NCBI GenBank assembly: GCA_017450655.1
Contig: JAFSTD010000005.1
Location: 4,862 to 68,861 of the forward strand
Direction: 5' to 3'
Length of the DNA stretch: 64,000 nt
Origin: Bacteroidales bacterium
GTDB taxonomy: Bacteria; Bacteroidota; Bacteroidia; Bacteroidales; UBA932
The notes beneath the pieces were generated by a model. That model saw only the letters and a list, made by a program, of their open reading frames with translations. It searched no databases and was not told the origin of the DNA. The translations under genes were made by a program, and so were the position numbers. Each line of letters starts with the position of its first letter. Position 1 is the stretch's first letter. This document shows positions 8,415-17,815 of this stretch, one piece after another.

Positions 8415-10763
8415 TTAAAAAAAGATATCGTCTCTGCGTCTCTTATTGTCGTCAATCAGGTCTTCGTCACCGCCCGTACAGTCAAAACTCATATTCCAGC
8501 CGACAGGAGGCGTGAACTGTTCACCGTTTTCTATTCTGATGGTAGGATCTGCCAGAACCTTGCTCATAAAGATACCCCAGATAGGAAGCGCCATGTTGGA
8601 ACCTCCTCCGAGAGCCAGGCTTTCGAAGTGAACCGAACGGTCCTCGGCTCCTACCCAGACGCCGGCGGTAAGCTTAGGAATGTATCCTATGAACCAGCCG
8701 TCACTCTGGTCGTTGGTTGTTCCCGTCTTGCCTGCAGCACCCTGAATACCGTATTTCCATACGAGTCGGGTCGCAGTACCCTCACGGACTACACCCTGCA
8801 TCAGATTCACCATCAAGTATGCCGTATTCTCACTGATAGCCTCACGCTTACGCACGGTGAAATTAGACAGCACGTTTCCGGCATTGTCCTCTATTCTCTC
8901 CACCATCAGAGCGTCCACATAGAATCCCTTTGAAGGGAAAGTATTGTATGCGGCCACCATCTCTTCAACCGACATATCGCAGGAGCCTACGCACAGAGAG
9001 TAAACCGGGTCAAGGTGGTTCGTGATGCCGAGTTTGTGGCACATTTCCACCATGGCCTCTGGGCCGAACTGTTTCATCAGATATGCAGAAATGTTGTTCG
9101 AGCTGTGGGTCAATCCCCATTTCAAGGTAACGGTATTGCCTATGTATTCATCTTTGTCGGTACTGTTAGGAGTCCATATTCCGTCAGGAACGACGAAACT
9201 GTATGGGATGTTGACCGCTTTGTCACAAGGGGTGAAGCCCTCCTGCATTGCCAGAGTATAAAGGAACGGTTTGATTGTAGAACCCACCTGACGGCGTCCC
9301 TGAGAAGCATTGTCGTAGAGGAAATACCTGTGGTCAGGACCTCCTACGTAAGCCCTCATCTTGCCTGTCCCCGGCTCCATCGCTATCAGGGCGGCGCGAA
9401 GGAAAGACTTAGAATACCTTATGGAGTCGTTAGGCGTCATCACCGTATCCACGTATCCCTGCTTGTTCCAGGCGAAGACTCTCATAGGAACTTTCTCGTC
9501 AAATGATTTGAGAATCTCACTCTCTGAATAGCCCTTGCCCTGCATCTCGATATAACGGTCGCTCCATCTGCGGGCCTGGTTCATCACCAGTTTGATCACG
9601 CTGTCGTCAACGTCATTTGAGAAAGGTCTTTTTCTCTTGACGCTCAAGTCATTCCAGAATGCCGGCTGGAGATCCTGACTGAGATGCTCCCGAACTGCCT
9701 CCTCAGCATATTTCTGCATTCTGGAATCTATGGTGGTGTATATCTTGAGACCGTCCGTGTACAGATTGTACTGGGTTCCGTCCGGCTTGAGGTTCTTGTT
9801 CAGCCATCCGTACAATGGATTCTCAGCCCAGGAAGTAGAATCTTTCTGGTAATCCTCAACATAGGTGTAGTTTCTCCTCTGAGGCTCGCTCGCCTGCATA
9901 ACTCTGCGCAGCATATCTCTGAAATATGGTGCCAGGCCGGCATTGTGGTCCTGGACCTGATATGACAATTCTATAGGGAGCTGCACGATGGAATCACGGT
10001 CAGCCTTTGATAGGTAGCCGTATTTTGCCATCTGATTCAGGACGTGATTTCTGCGCTGGACTGACTGGTCGTAGTTGAGGGCAGGGTTATACCTGGTCGG
10101 TTTGTTGACCATTCCCACAAGGCAGGCGCTCTCCTCCACGGAGAGTTCCGACGGCGACTTGTCAAAGAAAGTGCGCGCGGCGGTGTTGATGCCATACGCA
10201 TTGCTGCCGAAGAATATGGCGTTCATATACATAGCCATCAACTCTTCTTTGGTATAGTTTCGCTCGAGTTTTACGGCCGTTATCCACTCTTTTAGCTTGC
10301 TTCCGATAAGCTTGAAGTATTTACTGCCGGGGAATCTGGAAGGCTCGGTATCTCTTGGGAAAAGGGTTTTTGCAAGCTGCTGGGTAATCGTACTTCCGCC
10401 ACCCTGACTGCTGTTTCTCATCAGAATGGTCTTGACTCCCACCCTGGCGAGACTTCGCAGGTCGATGCCGGAATGCTGATAGAATCTGGCATCTTCCGTG
10501 GCGACTGCCGCGTCAACGAGAGACTTTGGCAGTTCGTCGAAAGAGACGAAAGAACGATTCTCCTTATGGAAGGTGCTGAACACTTTGCCGTCGCAGGAAA
10601 TCAGCTCCGTAGCGAGATTGCTCTCAGTATTTTCAAGTTGGTTGAATGACGGTATCTTACCGAAGACAGATACCAAAAACAGGCTTAGAAACAGTATCAA
10701 GAATGGCGCTACAAGTATGATCCACCACCACTTGACTATTTTTCTCTTAGTTCCTTCTTTCAT
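8415..10763 (-). CDS. mrcA: Class A penicillin-binding protein (PBP1A, transglycosylase/transpeptidase)
   Basis: GT51 motifs EDARFYQHSGID and GGSTITQQL. Transpeptidase motifs STIKP, SSN and KTGTT. N-terminal TM anchor. First ATG is at 10763; the track start at 10769 is a TTG. Confidence 0.93.
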   Translation of the reverse strand: MKEGTKRKIVKWWWIILVAPFLILFLSLFLVSVFGKIPSFNQLENTESNLATELISCDGKVFSTFHKENRSFVSFDELPKSLVDAAVATEDARFYQHSGIDLRSLARVGVKTILMRNSSQGGGSTITQQLAKTLFPRDTEPSRFPGSKYFKLIGSKLKEWITAVKLERNYTKEELMAMYMNAIFFGSNAYGINTAARTFFDKSPSELSVEESACLVGMVNKPTRYNPALNYDQSVQRRNHVLNQMAKYGYLSKADRDSIVQLPIELSYQVQDHNAGLAPYFRDMLRRVMQASEPQRRNYTYVEDYQKDSTSWAENPLYGWLNKNLKPDGTQYNLYTDGLKIYTTIDSRMQKYAEEAVREHLSQDLQPAFWNDLSVKRKRPFSNDVDDSVIKLVMNQARRWSDRYIEMQGKGYSESEILKSFDEKVPMRVFAWNKQGYVDTVMTPNDSIRYSKSFLRAALIAMEPGTGKMRAYVGGPDHRYFLYDNASQGRRQVGSTIKPFLYTLAMQEGFTPCDKAVNIPYSFVVPDGIWTPNSTDKDEYIGNTVTLKWGLTHSSNNISAYLMKQFGPEAMVEMCHKLGITNHLDPVYSLCVGSCDMSVEEMVAAYNTFPSKGFYVDALMVERIEDNAGNVLSNFTVRKREAISENTAYLMVNLMQGVVREGTATRLVWKYGIQGAAGKTGTTNDQSDGWFIGYIPKLTAGVWVGAEDRSVHFESLALGGGSNMALPIWGIFMSKVLADPTIRIENGEQFTPPVGWNMSFDCTGGDEDLIDDNKRRRDDIFF

Positions 10764-10787
10764 TATCAATACCTTTTACCCAAACTA

Positions 10788-10795
10788 CAAATTTA
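10788..10795 (-). promoter_or_regulatory. -7 promoter box TAAATTTG
   Basis: Perfect TAnnTTTG, 24 nt upstream of the PBP1A ATG. Confidence 0.5.
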
Positions 10796-10801
10796 GGAAA
10801 T

Positions 10802-10809
10802 TAAATTTG
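10802..10809 (+). promoter_or_regulatory. -7 promoter box TAAATTTG
   Basis: Perfect TAnnTTTG, 41 nt upstream of the topA ATG at 10851. It sits back-to-back with the minus-strand box 6 nt away. Confidence 0.5.
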
Positions 10810-10850
10810 GATAATTGTATTGTTTATAACTTACTTTGCCGTTCCAACAG

Positions 10851-13142
10851 ATGACAATGACAATGGCTGAGAATTTAGTAATAGTTGAGTCTCCTACCAA
10901 GGCGAGGAAAATTCAGGGATTCTTGGGGAAGGAGTATGTGGTCAAGTCAAGTGAAGGACATATCCGGGATCTTTCCAAGAAGGATCTGGGTATAGATACC
11001 GACAACGGTTTCAATCCTGACTATATCATTCCCGCTGATAAGAAGAAACTCGTAAAGGAGCTGAAGAGTGCAGCGAGCGCGGCCAAAACCATATGGCTTG
11101 CATCCGATGAAGACCGTGAGGGGGAAGCCATTGCATGGCACCTTCAGCAAGTGCTGGAACTCAACAGGGAGAATACCAAGAGAATCGCTTTCCATGAGAT
11201 TACTCCAGCCGCCATTCACGAAGCCATTAAGAATCCACGCGACATCGACGACAATCTGGTGATGGCCCAACAGGCGCGCCGCGTACTCGACAGACTCGTG
11301 GGTTTCGAGCTCTCTCCAATTCTCTGGAAGAAAGTTAAGCCGAACTTGTCTGCAGGACGCGTTCAGTCAGTCGCAGTCAGGCTGATTGTCGACCGTGAAA
11401 GGGAGATTAACGCTTTCAATTCTCAAGATTATTATAAGGTGGAGGGGATCTTCTCTCCTGAAGGATCCGGCAGTACTTTAAAGGCTGTCCTGGACAAAAG
11501 GTTCAATACCGCAAAAGAGGCTGAGGATTTCCTTGAGAAGTGCAAGAGCGCTTCATTTTCCATTTCAAACATTGAGAAAAAAGCGGCTTCCCGCACCCCT
11601 GCCGCGCCATTCACGACATCGGTTCTGCAACAGGAGGCTGCAAGAAAACTGGGATTCTCGGTAACTCAGACAATGCAGCTTGCACAGAGACTTTATGAGG
11701 CCGGTCTGATCACTTACATGCGTACCGACTCGGTGAATCTCTCTTCTTTGGCAATCAACACAGCCAAAGCATACGTCAACGAGAATTTCGGAGCGGAATA
11801 CTCCAAAGTTCGCCAGTACCGCACGAAATCAAAGGGTGCACAAGAAGCTCACGAAGCTATCAGACCTACTTATATTCAGAATGTTACCATTGAGGGTACG
11901 TCCACTGAGAAGAAGCTCTACTCTCTAATCTGGAAAAGAACCATAGCCAGCCAGATGGCGGATGCGAAACTGGAGAGAACGGTTGTGACCATCTCGGGCA
12001 CGGGGCTGAGCGAAACATTCTCACTTGAAGCCGAGCAGATCCTGTTTGACGGATTCCTGAAAGTTTATCTGGAGAGCAGCGATGACGAGGAGGCTGAAAA
12101 TGACACCCTTGCTATTATTCCGAACGTTTCCAACGGCCAGAATCTGAACTGCAAAGAGATCAGCGCTCTGCAGAAATTCACCGTCAAACCGGCGCGTTAT
12201 TCTGAAGCAAGCCTCGTCAAGAAACTCGAAGAACTCGGCATCGGACGCCCTTCTACATATGCTCCTACCGTGAATACCATTCTCAAAAGAGGTTACGTCG
12301 TCAAGGGAGACCGCAAGGGAGAGGAGAAAAAGCTGTCCGTGATAACTCTCAAGGACGGCCAAATCAAGAAGACCGAGAAAAAAGAGACTCTCGGCACCGA
12401 GAAAGGGAAGCTGTTCCCCGAGAACATCGGAATAGTGGTCAACGACTACCTGGCTTCAAACTTCCAGGAGATTCTGGATTACGGTTTCACCGCAAAGGTG
12501 GAGGAGGATTTCGACAAGATCGCTGCCGGAAAACTCATCTGGAACAATATGATCGGAAAGTTCTACGCTCCGTTCCACAAGAAAGTCGAGCAGACTCTTG
12601 AAGAGAAAGAATATACTCACGCAGAACGGCTTATAGGCGTTGACCCTGTAAGCGGAAAGCCTCTTACGGCAAGAATAGGACGCTTCGGTCCGCTGGTTCA
12701 GAAGGGTGCGGCCGACGATCCGGAAAAGCAGTTTGCAAGCATGAAGAAGGGACAGCTCATCGAGTCAATCACCCTCGAAGAGGCCCTCAGACTGTTTGAC
12801 TTGCCAAGGACCGTAGGCAAATACAACGACCAGGTCATCACGGCTGCAATCGGCAGGTTCGGCCCGTACATCAAAGTCGGATCCAAATTCATTTCTCTCG
12901 GCAAATCACTTGATCCTTACACAATTACTGAGGAGCAGGCTGTCTCCCTAATCCAGGAAGACGCGCAAAGAGAGGAGCATAAGCTTATAGCGGATTTCCC
13001 TGAAAGCAAGATTCAGGTACTGAACGGACGTTACGGTGCTTACATCAAGCAGGGAAAGAAGAATTACAAGATTCCGAGAAGCAAGAAGGCGGAGCAGCTC
13101 ACTGAGAAGGATTGCCTCGAGATTATCGCTTCCTCAAAATAA
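10851..13142 (+). CDS. topA: DNA topoisomerase I
   Basis: Toprim N-terminus LVIVESPTKA, DEDREGE motif and active-site Tyr region LITYMRTDS. The C-terminal repeats (IGRFGP) lack zinc-ribbon Cys. The track start at 10836 is a TTG; in-frame ATGs lie at 10851, 10857 and 10863. Confidence 0.95.
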   Translation: MTMTMAENLVIVESPTKARKIQGFLGKEYVVKSSEGHIRDLSKKDLGIDTDNGFNPDYIIPADKKKLVKELKSAASAAKTIWLASDEDREGEAIAWHLQQVLELNRENTKRIAFHEITPAAIHEAIKNPRDIDDNLVMAQQARRVLDRLVGFELSPILWKKVKPNLSAGRVQSVAVRLIVDREREINAFNSQDYYKVEGIFSPEGSGSTLKAVLDKRFNTAKEAEDFLEKCKSASFSISNIEKKAASRTPAAPFTTSVLQQEAARKLGFSVTQTMQLAQRLYEAGLITYMRTDSVNLSSLAINTAKAYVNENFGAEYSKVRQYRTKSKGAQEAHEAIRPTYIQNVTIEGTSTEKKLYSLIWKRTIASQMADAKLERTVVTISGTGLSETFSLEAEQILFDGFLKVYLESSDDEEAENDTLAIIPNVSNGQNLNCKEISALQKFTVKPARYSEASLVKKLEELGIGRPSTYAPTVNTILKRGYVVKGDRKGEEKKLSVITLKDGQIKKTEKKETLGTEKGKLFPENIGIVVNDYLASNFQEILDYGFTAKVEEDFDKIAAGKLIWNNMIGKFYAPFHKKVEQTLEEKEYTHAERLIGVDPVSGKPLTARIGRFGPLVQKGAADDPEKQFASMKKGQLIESITLEEALRLFDLPRTVGKYNDQVITAAIGRFGPYIKVGSKFISLGKSLDPYTITEEQAVSLIQEDAQREEHKLIADFPESKIQVLNGRYGAYIKQGKKNYKIPRSKKAEQLTEKDCLEIIASSK

Positions 13143-13147
13143 AAGCT

Positions 13148-13815
13148 TTACCCTATTAATTTTTCAGCGACTGCCAGGTCATCCGGGGTGGTAATTTTGA
13201 TATTGTACCTCAACCCCTGGGTGTATTCCACCTTGCAACCCATAGCTTCGACAACGGAGGCATCGTCGGTGAAAGTCGGAGAATAAGGCTGGGTATAAGC
13301 CTCTTTAAGCAACTCAGAATGGAACACTTGCGGAGTTTGATAAGAACCAGGTTCTCCCTGTTCAGCAAGTAGCTTTCGGAATCTGTCACCTCCCTTACGG
13401 TCTCCACAGGGCGGATTCCGGGAACGACGGCCGGAGAATTCTCACCCTTTTCAAACATGCTCATCAGGAATTCTTTGGTCACGAACGGCCTTACACCATC
13501 GTGAACAGCCACTATGGCGTCGTCCGGCACATATTCCAACCCGTTTTTGACAGAATGGAAACGAGTCATACCGCTTGAAGGGAGGCAGTATCGATCGAGA
13601 AATCCCGTGCGACGGCAATAGTCTTTCCAATAGTCCTTCATCTCATCGGCAAGAACAATCACTATCTCCACCTCGTACGGAAGTGAGAGAAACTTCTCAA
13701 CCGTGTGACGGAGAATGGGTTTACCGTCCAATTCTATGAATTGCTTCGGGGTATTCAGACCCATTCTGACTCCACTTCCTCCCGCCATTATGAGAGCATA
13801 TTTTTTTCTACCCAT
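13148..13815 (-). pseudogene. ispD: 2-C-methyl-D-erythritol 4-phosphate cytidylyltransferase interrupted by an apparent 1-nt deletion near 13339-13341
   Basis: The N-terminal part (ALIMAGGSGVRMG...) is in the ATG 13815 frame. After ...NRENLVLI the canonical continuation appears only in the adjacent frame: [11 protein letters not shown]...[12 protein letters not shown]...[11 protein letters not shown]...IG, with stop at 13148. The track ORF 13210..13815 ends in out-of-frame text. Confidence 0.85.
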
Positions 13816-13848
13816 GACTGTTGAAAATATTGTTTGAAAATGTCTTTA

Positions 13849-13856
13849 CAAATTTA
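13849..13856 (-). promoter_or_regulatory. -7 promoter box TAAATTTG
   Basis: Perfect TAnnTTTG, 33 nt upstream of the ispD ATG. Confidence 0.5.
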
Positions 13857-13876
13857 AAAATAATCTTCTTTTTGAC

Positions 13877-13884
13877 TAAATTTG
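13877..13884 (+). promoter_or_regulatory. -7 promoter box TAAATTTG
   Basis: Perfect TAnnTTTG, 26 nt upstream of the purH ATG. Confidence 0.5.
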
Positions 13885-13910
13885 TATCTCATTGAAAACC
13901 GATTTTTTCT

Positions 13911-15440
13911 ATGCCTGAGAATCTCAAAAAAATCAATTCCGCGCTGATTTCCGTTTACTATAAAGACGGTCTGGACGCCATTGCAAGCGAGCTTTCCGTA
14001 AGAGGCGTCAAAATCTATTCTACGGGCGGAACCTACGATTATCTCACAAACAACGGATTTGAAGTTGAAAAGGTTGAGGACCTTACCACTTACCCTTCTA
14101 TTCTTGGGGGCAGGGTAAAGACCTTGCACCCGAAAGTTTTCGGAGGAATCCTTTCACGCAGAGACAACAAGGGCGACGTCGAGCAGATGGCTCAATATGA
14201 CATCCCTTACATCGATCTGGTTATCGTGGACCTGTATCCTTTTGAAGAGTACGTCGCTGCGGGGGCTTCTCATCAGGATATCATAGAGAAAATCGACATC
14301 GGCGGCATCTCCCTGATCAGAGCTGCGGCAAAGAATTACAAGGACGTGGTGATTGTCCCGAGCAAAGAGTGCTACTCCAAGCTGCTGTGCCTGCTGAGGG
14401 AGCAGAACGGATGCACTACCGAGCAGGACAGGCTAAGTTTTGCAAAATACGCATTCGCCACAAGTTCTCACTACGACACGGCGATTTTCAAATACCTCAA
14501 CGGAGACGGCGAAGTAAACGCCTTCGCAGAGAATATTCTTACCGCTTCTCCACTCCGATACGGTGAGAATCCTCATCAGGAAGCTTTGTATTTCGGAGAT
14601 GAGAATTCCCTCCCGGTGCAGCTTCACGGCAAGGAGATTTCTTACAACAATCTGCTCGACATCGAGGCTGCCATTGAGTTGATAAGCGATTTCAGCGAGC
14701 CTGCCGTCGCCATCATCAAACACAACAACGCCTGCGGCTGCGCTGTCAGAAAAGATATCTTCACAGCATGGACTGACGCCCTTGCCTGCGACCCGATTTC
14801 GGCTTTCGGAGGCATCGTGATTGCCAACCGTCCTATTGACGAAAAGACGGCCGTTGACATCAACAAGATATTTTTCGAGGTTATCATCGCTCCGGAATAC
14901 AGCGAAAAGGCCCTGGAGATTCTCAAGGAGAAGAAGAACCGCATTATCCTCCTCAGAGGGGAAGTCGCTCCTTCTGCTAAGAAGTTCCGCTCACTGCTCA
15001 GCGGCGTGCTGGTGCAAGACAGGGACACTTTCGTAGAGACCGGGGAGAATCTCACCGTGGTGACCGACAAGAAGCCTCGCAAAGACCAGATCGACGACCT
15101 TCTGTTCGCGAACAAGCTTGTAAAGCACTCCAAATCCAATGCTATCGTGCTGGCGAAAAACCGCACCCTGCTTGCAAGCGGCATCGGCCAGACCAGCCGT
15201 GTGGATTCTTTGAAACAGGCTATCGAAAAAGCCAGGTCATTCGGATTTGACCTCAAGGATGCCGTGATGGCTTCGGATGCATTCTTCCCGTTCCCTGACT
15301 GCGTCCAGATTGCTGATGAAGCAGGCATTACCGCAGTCATTCACCCGGGCGGATCGATCCGTGACGGAGAGAGCATCGACTACTGCAATGCTCACGGTAT
15401 GGCAATGGTAAAAACCGGTATCAGGCATTTTAAACACTGA
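13911..15440 (+). CDS. purH: Bifunctional AICAR transformylase / IMP cyclohydrolase
   Basis: Full-length PurH pattern (ALISVYYKDGL, GGRVKTLHP, GGISLIRAAAKNY, ...GIRHFKH C-terminus). Confidence 0.95.
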   Translation: MPENLKKINSALISVYYKDGLDAIASELSVRGVKIYSTGGTYDYLTNNGFEVEKVEDLTTYPSILGGRVKTLHPKVFGGILSRRDNKGDVEQMAQYDIPYIDLVIVDLYPFEEYVAAGASHQDIIEKIDIGGISLIRAAAKNYKDVVIVPSKECYSKLLCLLREQNGCTTEQDRLSFAKYAFATSSHYDTAIFKYLNGDGEVNAFAENILTASPLRYGENPHQEALYFGDENSLPVQLHGKEISYNNLLDIEAAIELISDFSEPAVAIIKHNNACGCAVRKDIFTAWTDALACDPISAFGGIVIANRPIDEKTAVDINKIFFEVIIAPEYSEKALEILKEKKNRIILLRGEVAPSAKKFRSLLSGVLVQDRDTFVETGENLTVVTDKKPRKDQIDDLLFANKLVKHSKSNAIVLAKNRTLLASGIGQTSRVDSLKQAIEKARSFGFDLKDAVMASDAFFPFPDCVQIADEAGITAVIHPGGSIRDGESIDYCNAHGMAMVKTGIRHFKH

Positions 15441-15458
15441 CAATAATTTAACAGAAAT

Positions 15459-16478
15459 ATGGCATTCTCTTTTTTATCACAAGAAATAGCGCTTGACCTT
15501 GGAACAGCCAACACCGTCATCTTTATGAATGACAAAAAGGTGGTTGACGAGCCTTCAATCGTCGCTATTGACATTCTGAGCGGGAAACCGATTGCTGTCG
15601 GAACCATCGCAAAACAAATGCACGAACGTACCAACCCCACTATCAAGACCATCCGCCCTCTCAAGGACGGCGTGATCGCAGACTTCGACGCTGCGGAGAT
15701 GATGATCAGGGAGTTTATCAAGATGATTAATCCCAAGAGAAGACTATTCTCTCCTAGCCTGAAGATGGTTGTATGCGTTCCGAAAGGCAGTACCGAAGTG
15801 GAGATCAGAGCCGTAAGGGACTCATCCGAGCACTCCGGCGGACGTGACGTCTATATGATTTTCGAGCCTATGGCGGCCGCTCTGGGTATCGGACTCGACG
15901 TTCTTGCTCCAAGCGGCAACATGATTGTGGACATTGGAGGCGGTACGACTGAAATTGCAGTCATTTCTCTGGGCGGTATCGTCGCTGACGCCAGCATCCG
16001 CGTGGGAGGAGACCTGTTTACTTCCGACATTCAGCAGTATATGCGTACCCAACACAATATCAAGATAGGAGAGATTACCGCCGAGGATATCAAGGTATCA
16101 ATCGGCGCAGCCATTTCCGATCTTGAGGACGCTCCGGAGCCTTACACCGTTACGGGTCCGAATATGATGACGGCGCACCCTGTCACTACTGAAGTCACTC
16201 CTCAAGAGATTGCCCACTGCCTCGACAAGTCTATTGTCAAAATTGAGGCTGCCATACTTCAAGTTTTGGAGTATACACCTCCTGAGCTTTATTCCGACAT
16301 AGTTGAGAAAGGTATTTACCTGACCGGCGGCGGCGCCCTCCTCAGAGGATTGGATCAACGTCTCACCAAGAAGATCAACATTCCTTTCCACGTATCGGAA
16401 GACCCTCTTCGCGCAGTAGCGAGAGGTACATGTATCGCTCTTAAGAACACTGACAAATTTAAATTCCTATTGCGATGA
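15459..16478 (+). CDS. mreB: Rod shape-determining protein MreB
   Basis: Actin-like ATPase motifs DLGTANT and DIGGGTTE. Confidence 0.95.
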   Translation: MAFSFLSQEIALDLGTANTVIFMNDKKVVDEPSIVAIDILSGKPIAVGTIAKQMHERTNPTIKTIRPLKDGVIADFDAAEMMIREFIKMINPKRRLFSPSLKMVVCVPKGSTEVEIRAVRDSSEHSGGRDVYMIFEPMAAALGIGLDVLAPSGNMIVDIGGGTTEIAVISLGGIVADASIRVGGDLFTSDIQQYMRTQHNIKIGEITAEDIKVSIGAAISDLEDAPEPYTVTGPNMMTAHPVTTEVTPQEIAHCLDKSIVKIEAAILQVLEYTPPELYSDIVEKGIYLTGGGALLRGLDQRLTKKINIPFHVSEDPLRAVARGTCIALKNTDKFKFLLR

Positions 16479-17302
16479 GAAACAGAGACGGTGCCATAAA
16501 TACCGTTATTCTGATTTCTGTATTTGTTGCGCTTGAAATAGTCTCAATAATACTTATTACCAACAGCAGCATAGTCCAGAAATACAGGATAATGGGCAAT
16601 GTGCGCTCCGTCCAGGCCTACTTCTGGGATAAAGGGAACAATATAGGCCGCTATTTCTCACTCAAGGAAGAGAATGATGCCCTGATCAGGGAGAATTATT
16701 CTCTAAGACAGCAGCTGACCGATCTTCAAAACATTGAAACTTACCAGGACAGTATCGGTCTGAATATCGAAAGACAGTTTACGCTGATTCCTGCGACGAT
16801 TATCAAGAACTCCACCAACAACCAGCACAACTTCCTTATTCTCAATAAGGGAATTCGCGACGGTGTGACCGAGGGAATGGGAGTCATATCACACGACGGA
16901 GTTGTCGGAGTCATTAATTCCGTGACGGACAAGTTCTCGCACGTAATATCTTTCCTGAACACTTCTCAGTCGATAAGCGTGAAACTGGCGAACTCCAACT
17001 ACTACGGACCGATGAGATGGGACGGAGTCAGCACCAACAACGCAATTATGGGGGACGTTCCCCTATTCTGCGAGGCCGCTCCGGGAGATACCGTAGTTAC
17101 CAGCGGATTCTCCGCAATTTTTCCTCCGAACATCCCGATCGGAGTGGTCTCTGACGTAGAAAGCATCGGAGGTCTCTACAAAACGCTTGGCATCAAACTG
17201 TTCCAGAATTACAATTCTCTAAGTTCAGTCTACATTGTGACCAACAGGAACATTGACGAGATTAAGGAACTGGAAAAAAAAGGAGGGCAGATAGATGAGT
17301 AA
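16475..17302 (+). CDS. mreC: Rod shape-determining protein MreC
   Basis: N-terminal TM, coiled-coil and beta-rich C-terminal domain. ATGA overlap with mreB; position in the mre operon. Confidence 0.85.
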   Translation: MRNRDGAINTVILISVFVALEIVSIILITNSSIVQKYRIMGNVRSVQAYFWDKGNNIGRYFSLKEENDALIRENYSLRQQLTDLQNIETYQDSIGLNIERQFTLIPATIIKNSTNNQHNFLILNKGIRDGVTEGMGVISHDGVVGVINSVTDKFSHVISFLNTSQSISVKLANSNYYGPMRWDGVSTNNAIMGDVPLFCEAAPGDTVVTSGFSAIFPPNIPIGVVSDVESIGGLYKTLGIKLFQNYNSLSSVYIVTNRNIDEIKELEKKGGQIDE

Positions 17303-17807
17303 CCAACAGAGCAACTGGTTCAGGGTGTTGATTGCCATCCTGCTTATTCTGGCGCAGATTATTCTGAACAATCTGTTCTTCTGGGGGCCGTACGTCTACA
17401 TAAGTTTCGTACCTCTGATTCTCATGCTGTTCCCTGTCAAGCAAAACGGAGCAGTTTCTCTCATTCTGGCGTTCATTATCGGACTTATCATAGACATCTC
17501 GTCTCTCGACACCCTGGGGATCAATGCAGGGGCGGCCGTACTGGCATGTCTTTTCAGGAAGCCCGTTCTGCAGTTGTGCTTCAACATTGCCGACAAGACC
17601 ATCACTCCGACAATCAGTGAGGCAGGTATAGTGAGACATCTGGAATTTCTGTTCTTACTGTCACTCCTCTACTTCTGCTTCTACACTTCATTCGACGGGT
17701 TCATCCTTCACGGTTTCTTCCCGTTCGTCCTGAGGGTGGTCGCAAGCTGCGTGGCATCCATCGTTCTGTCTCTGATTCTCGACTTAACAATTCTAAATTT
17801 CAAATAG
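17295..17807 (+). CDS. mreD: Rod shape-determining protein MreD
   Basis: Small polytopic membrane protein between mreC and mrdA, overlapping the end of mreC. Confidence 0.75.
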   Translation: MSNQQSNWFRVLIAILLILAQIILNNLFFWGPYVYISFVPLILMLFPVKQNGAVSLILAFIIGLIIDISSLDTLGINAGAAVLACLFRKPVLQLCFNIADKTITPTISEAGIVRHLEFLFLLSLLYFCFYTSFDGFILHGFFPFVLRVVASCVASIVLSLILDLTILNFK

Positions 17808-17815
17808 GGGAATAG

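Noticed and set aside
10280-10288. DnaA-box-like TTATCCACT near the strand-switch region at about 10.8 kb (possible oriC).
   Set aside because: It is a single imperfect box located inside the PBP1A coding sequence. There is no cluster of boxes, AT-rich unwinding element or dnaA gene nearby.
14642-15340. 232-aa minus-strand ORF antisense to purH. Similar antisense ORFs occur at 19417-20118 (mrdA/rodA), 6412-7026 (prmC/radA), 22679-23275 (gcvP) and 52273-52719.
   Set aside because: All are nested in strongly supported genes. All have low-complexity Ser/Arg/Leu-rich translations and lack any promoter box or recognisable motif.
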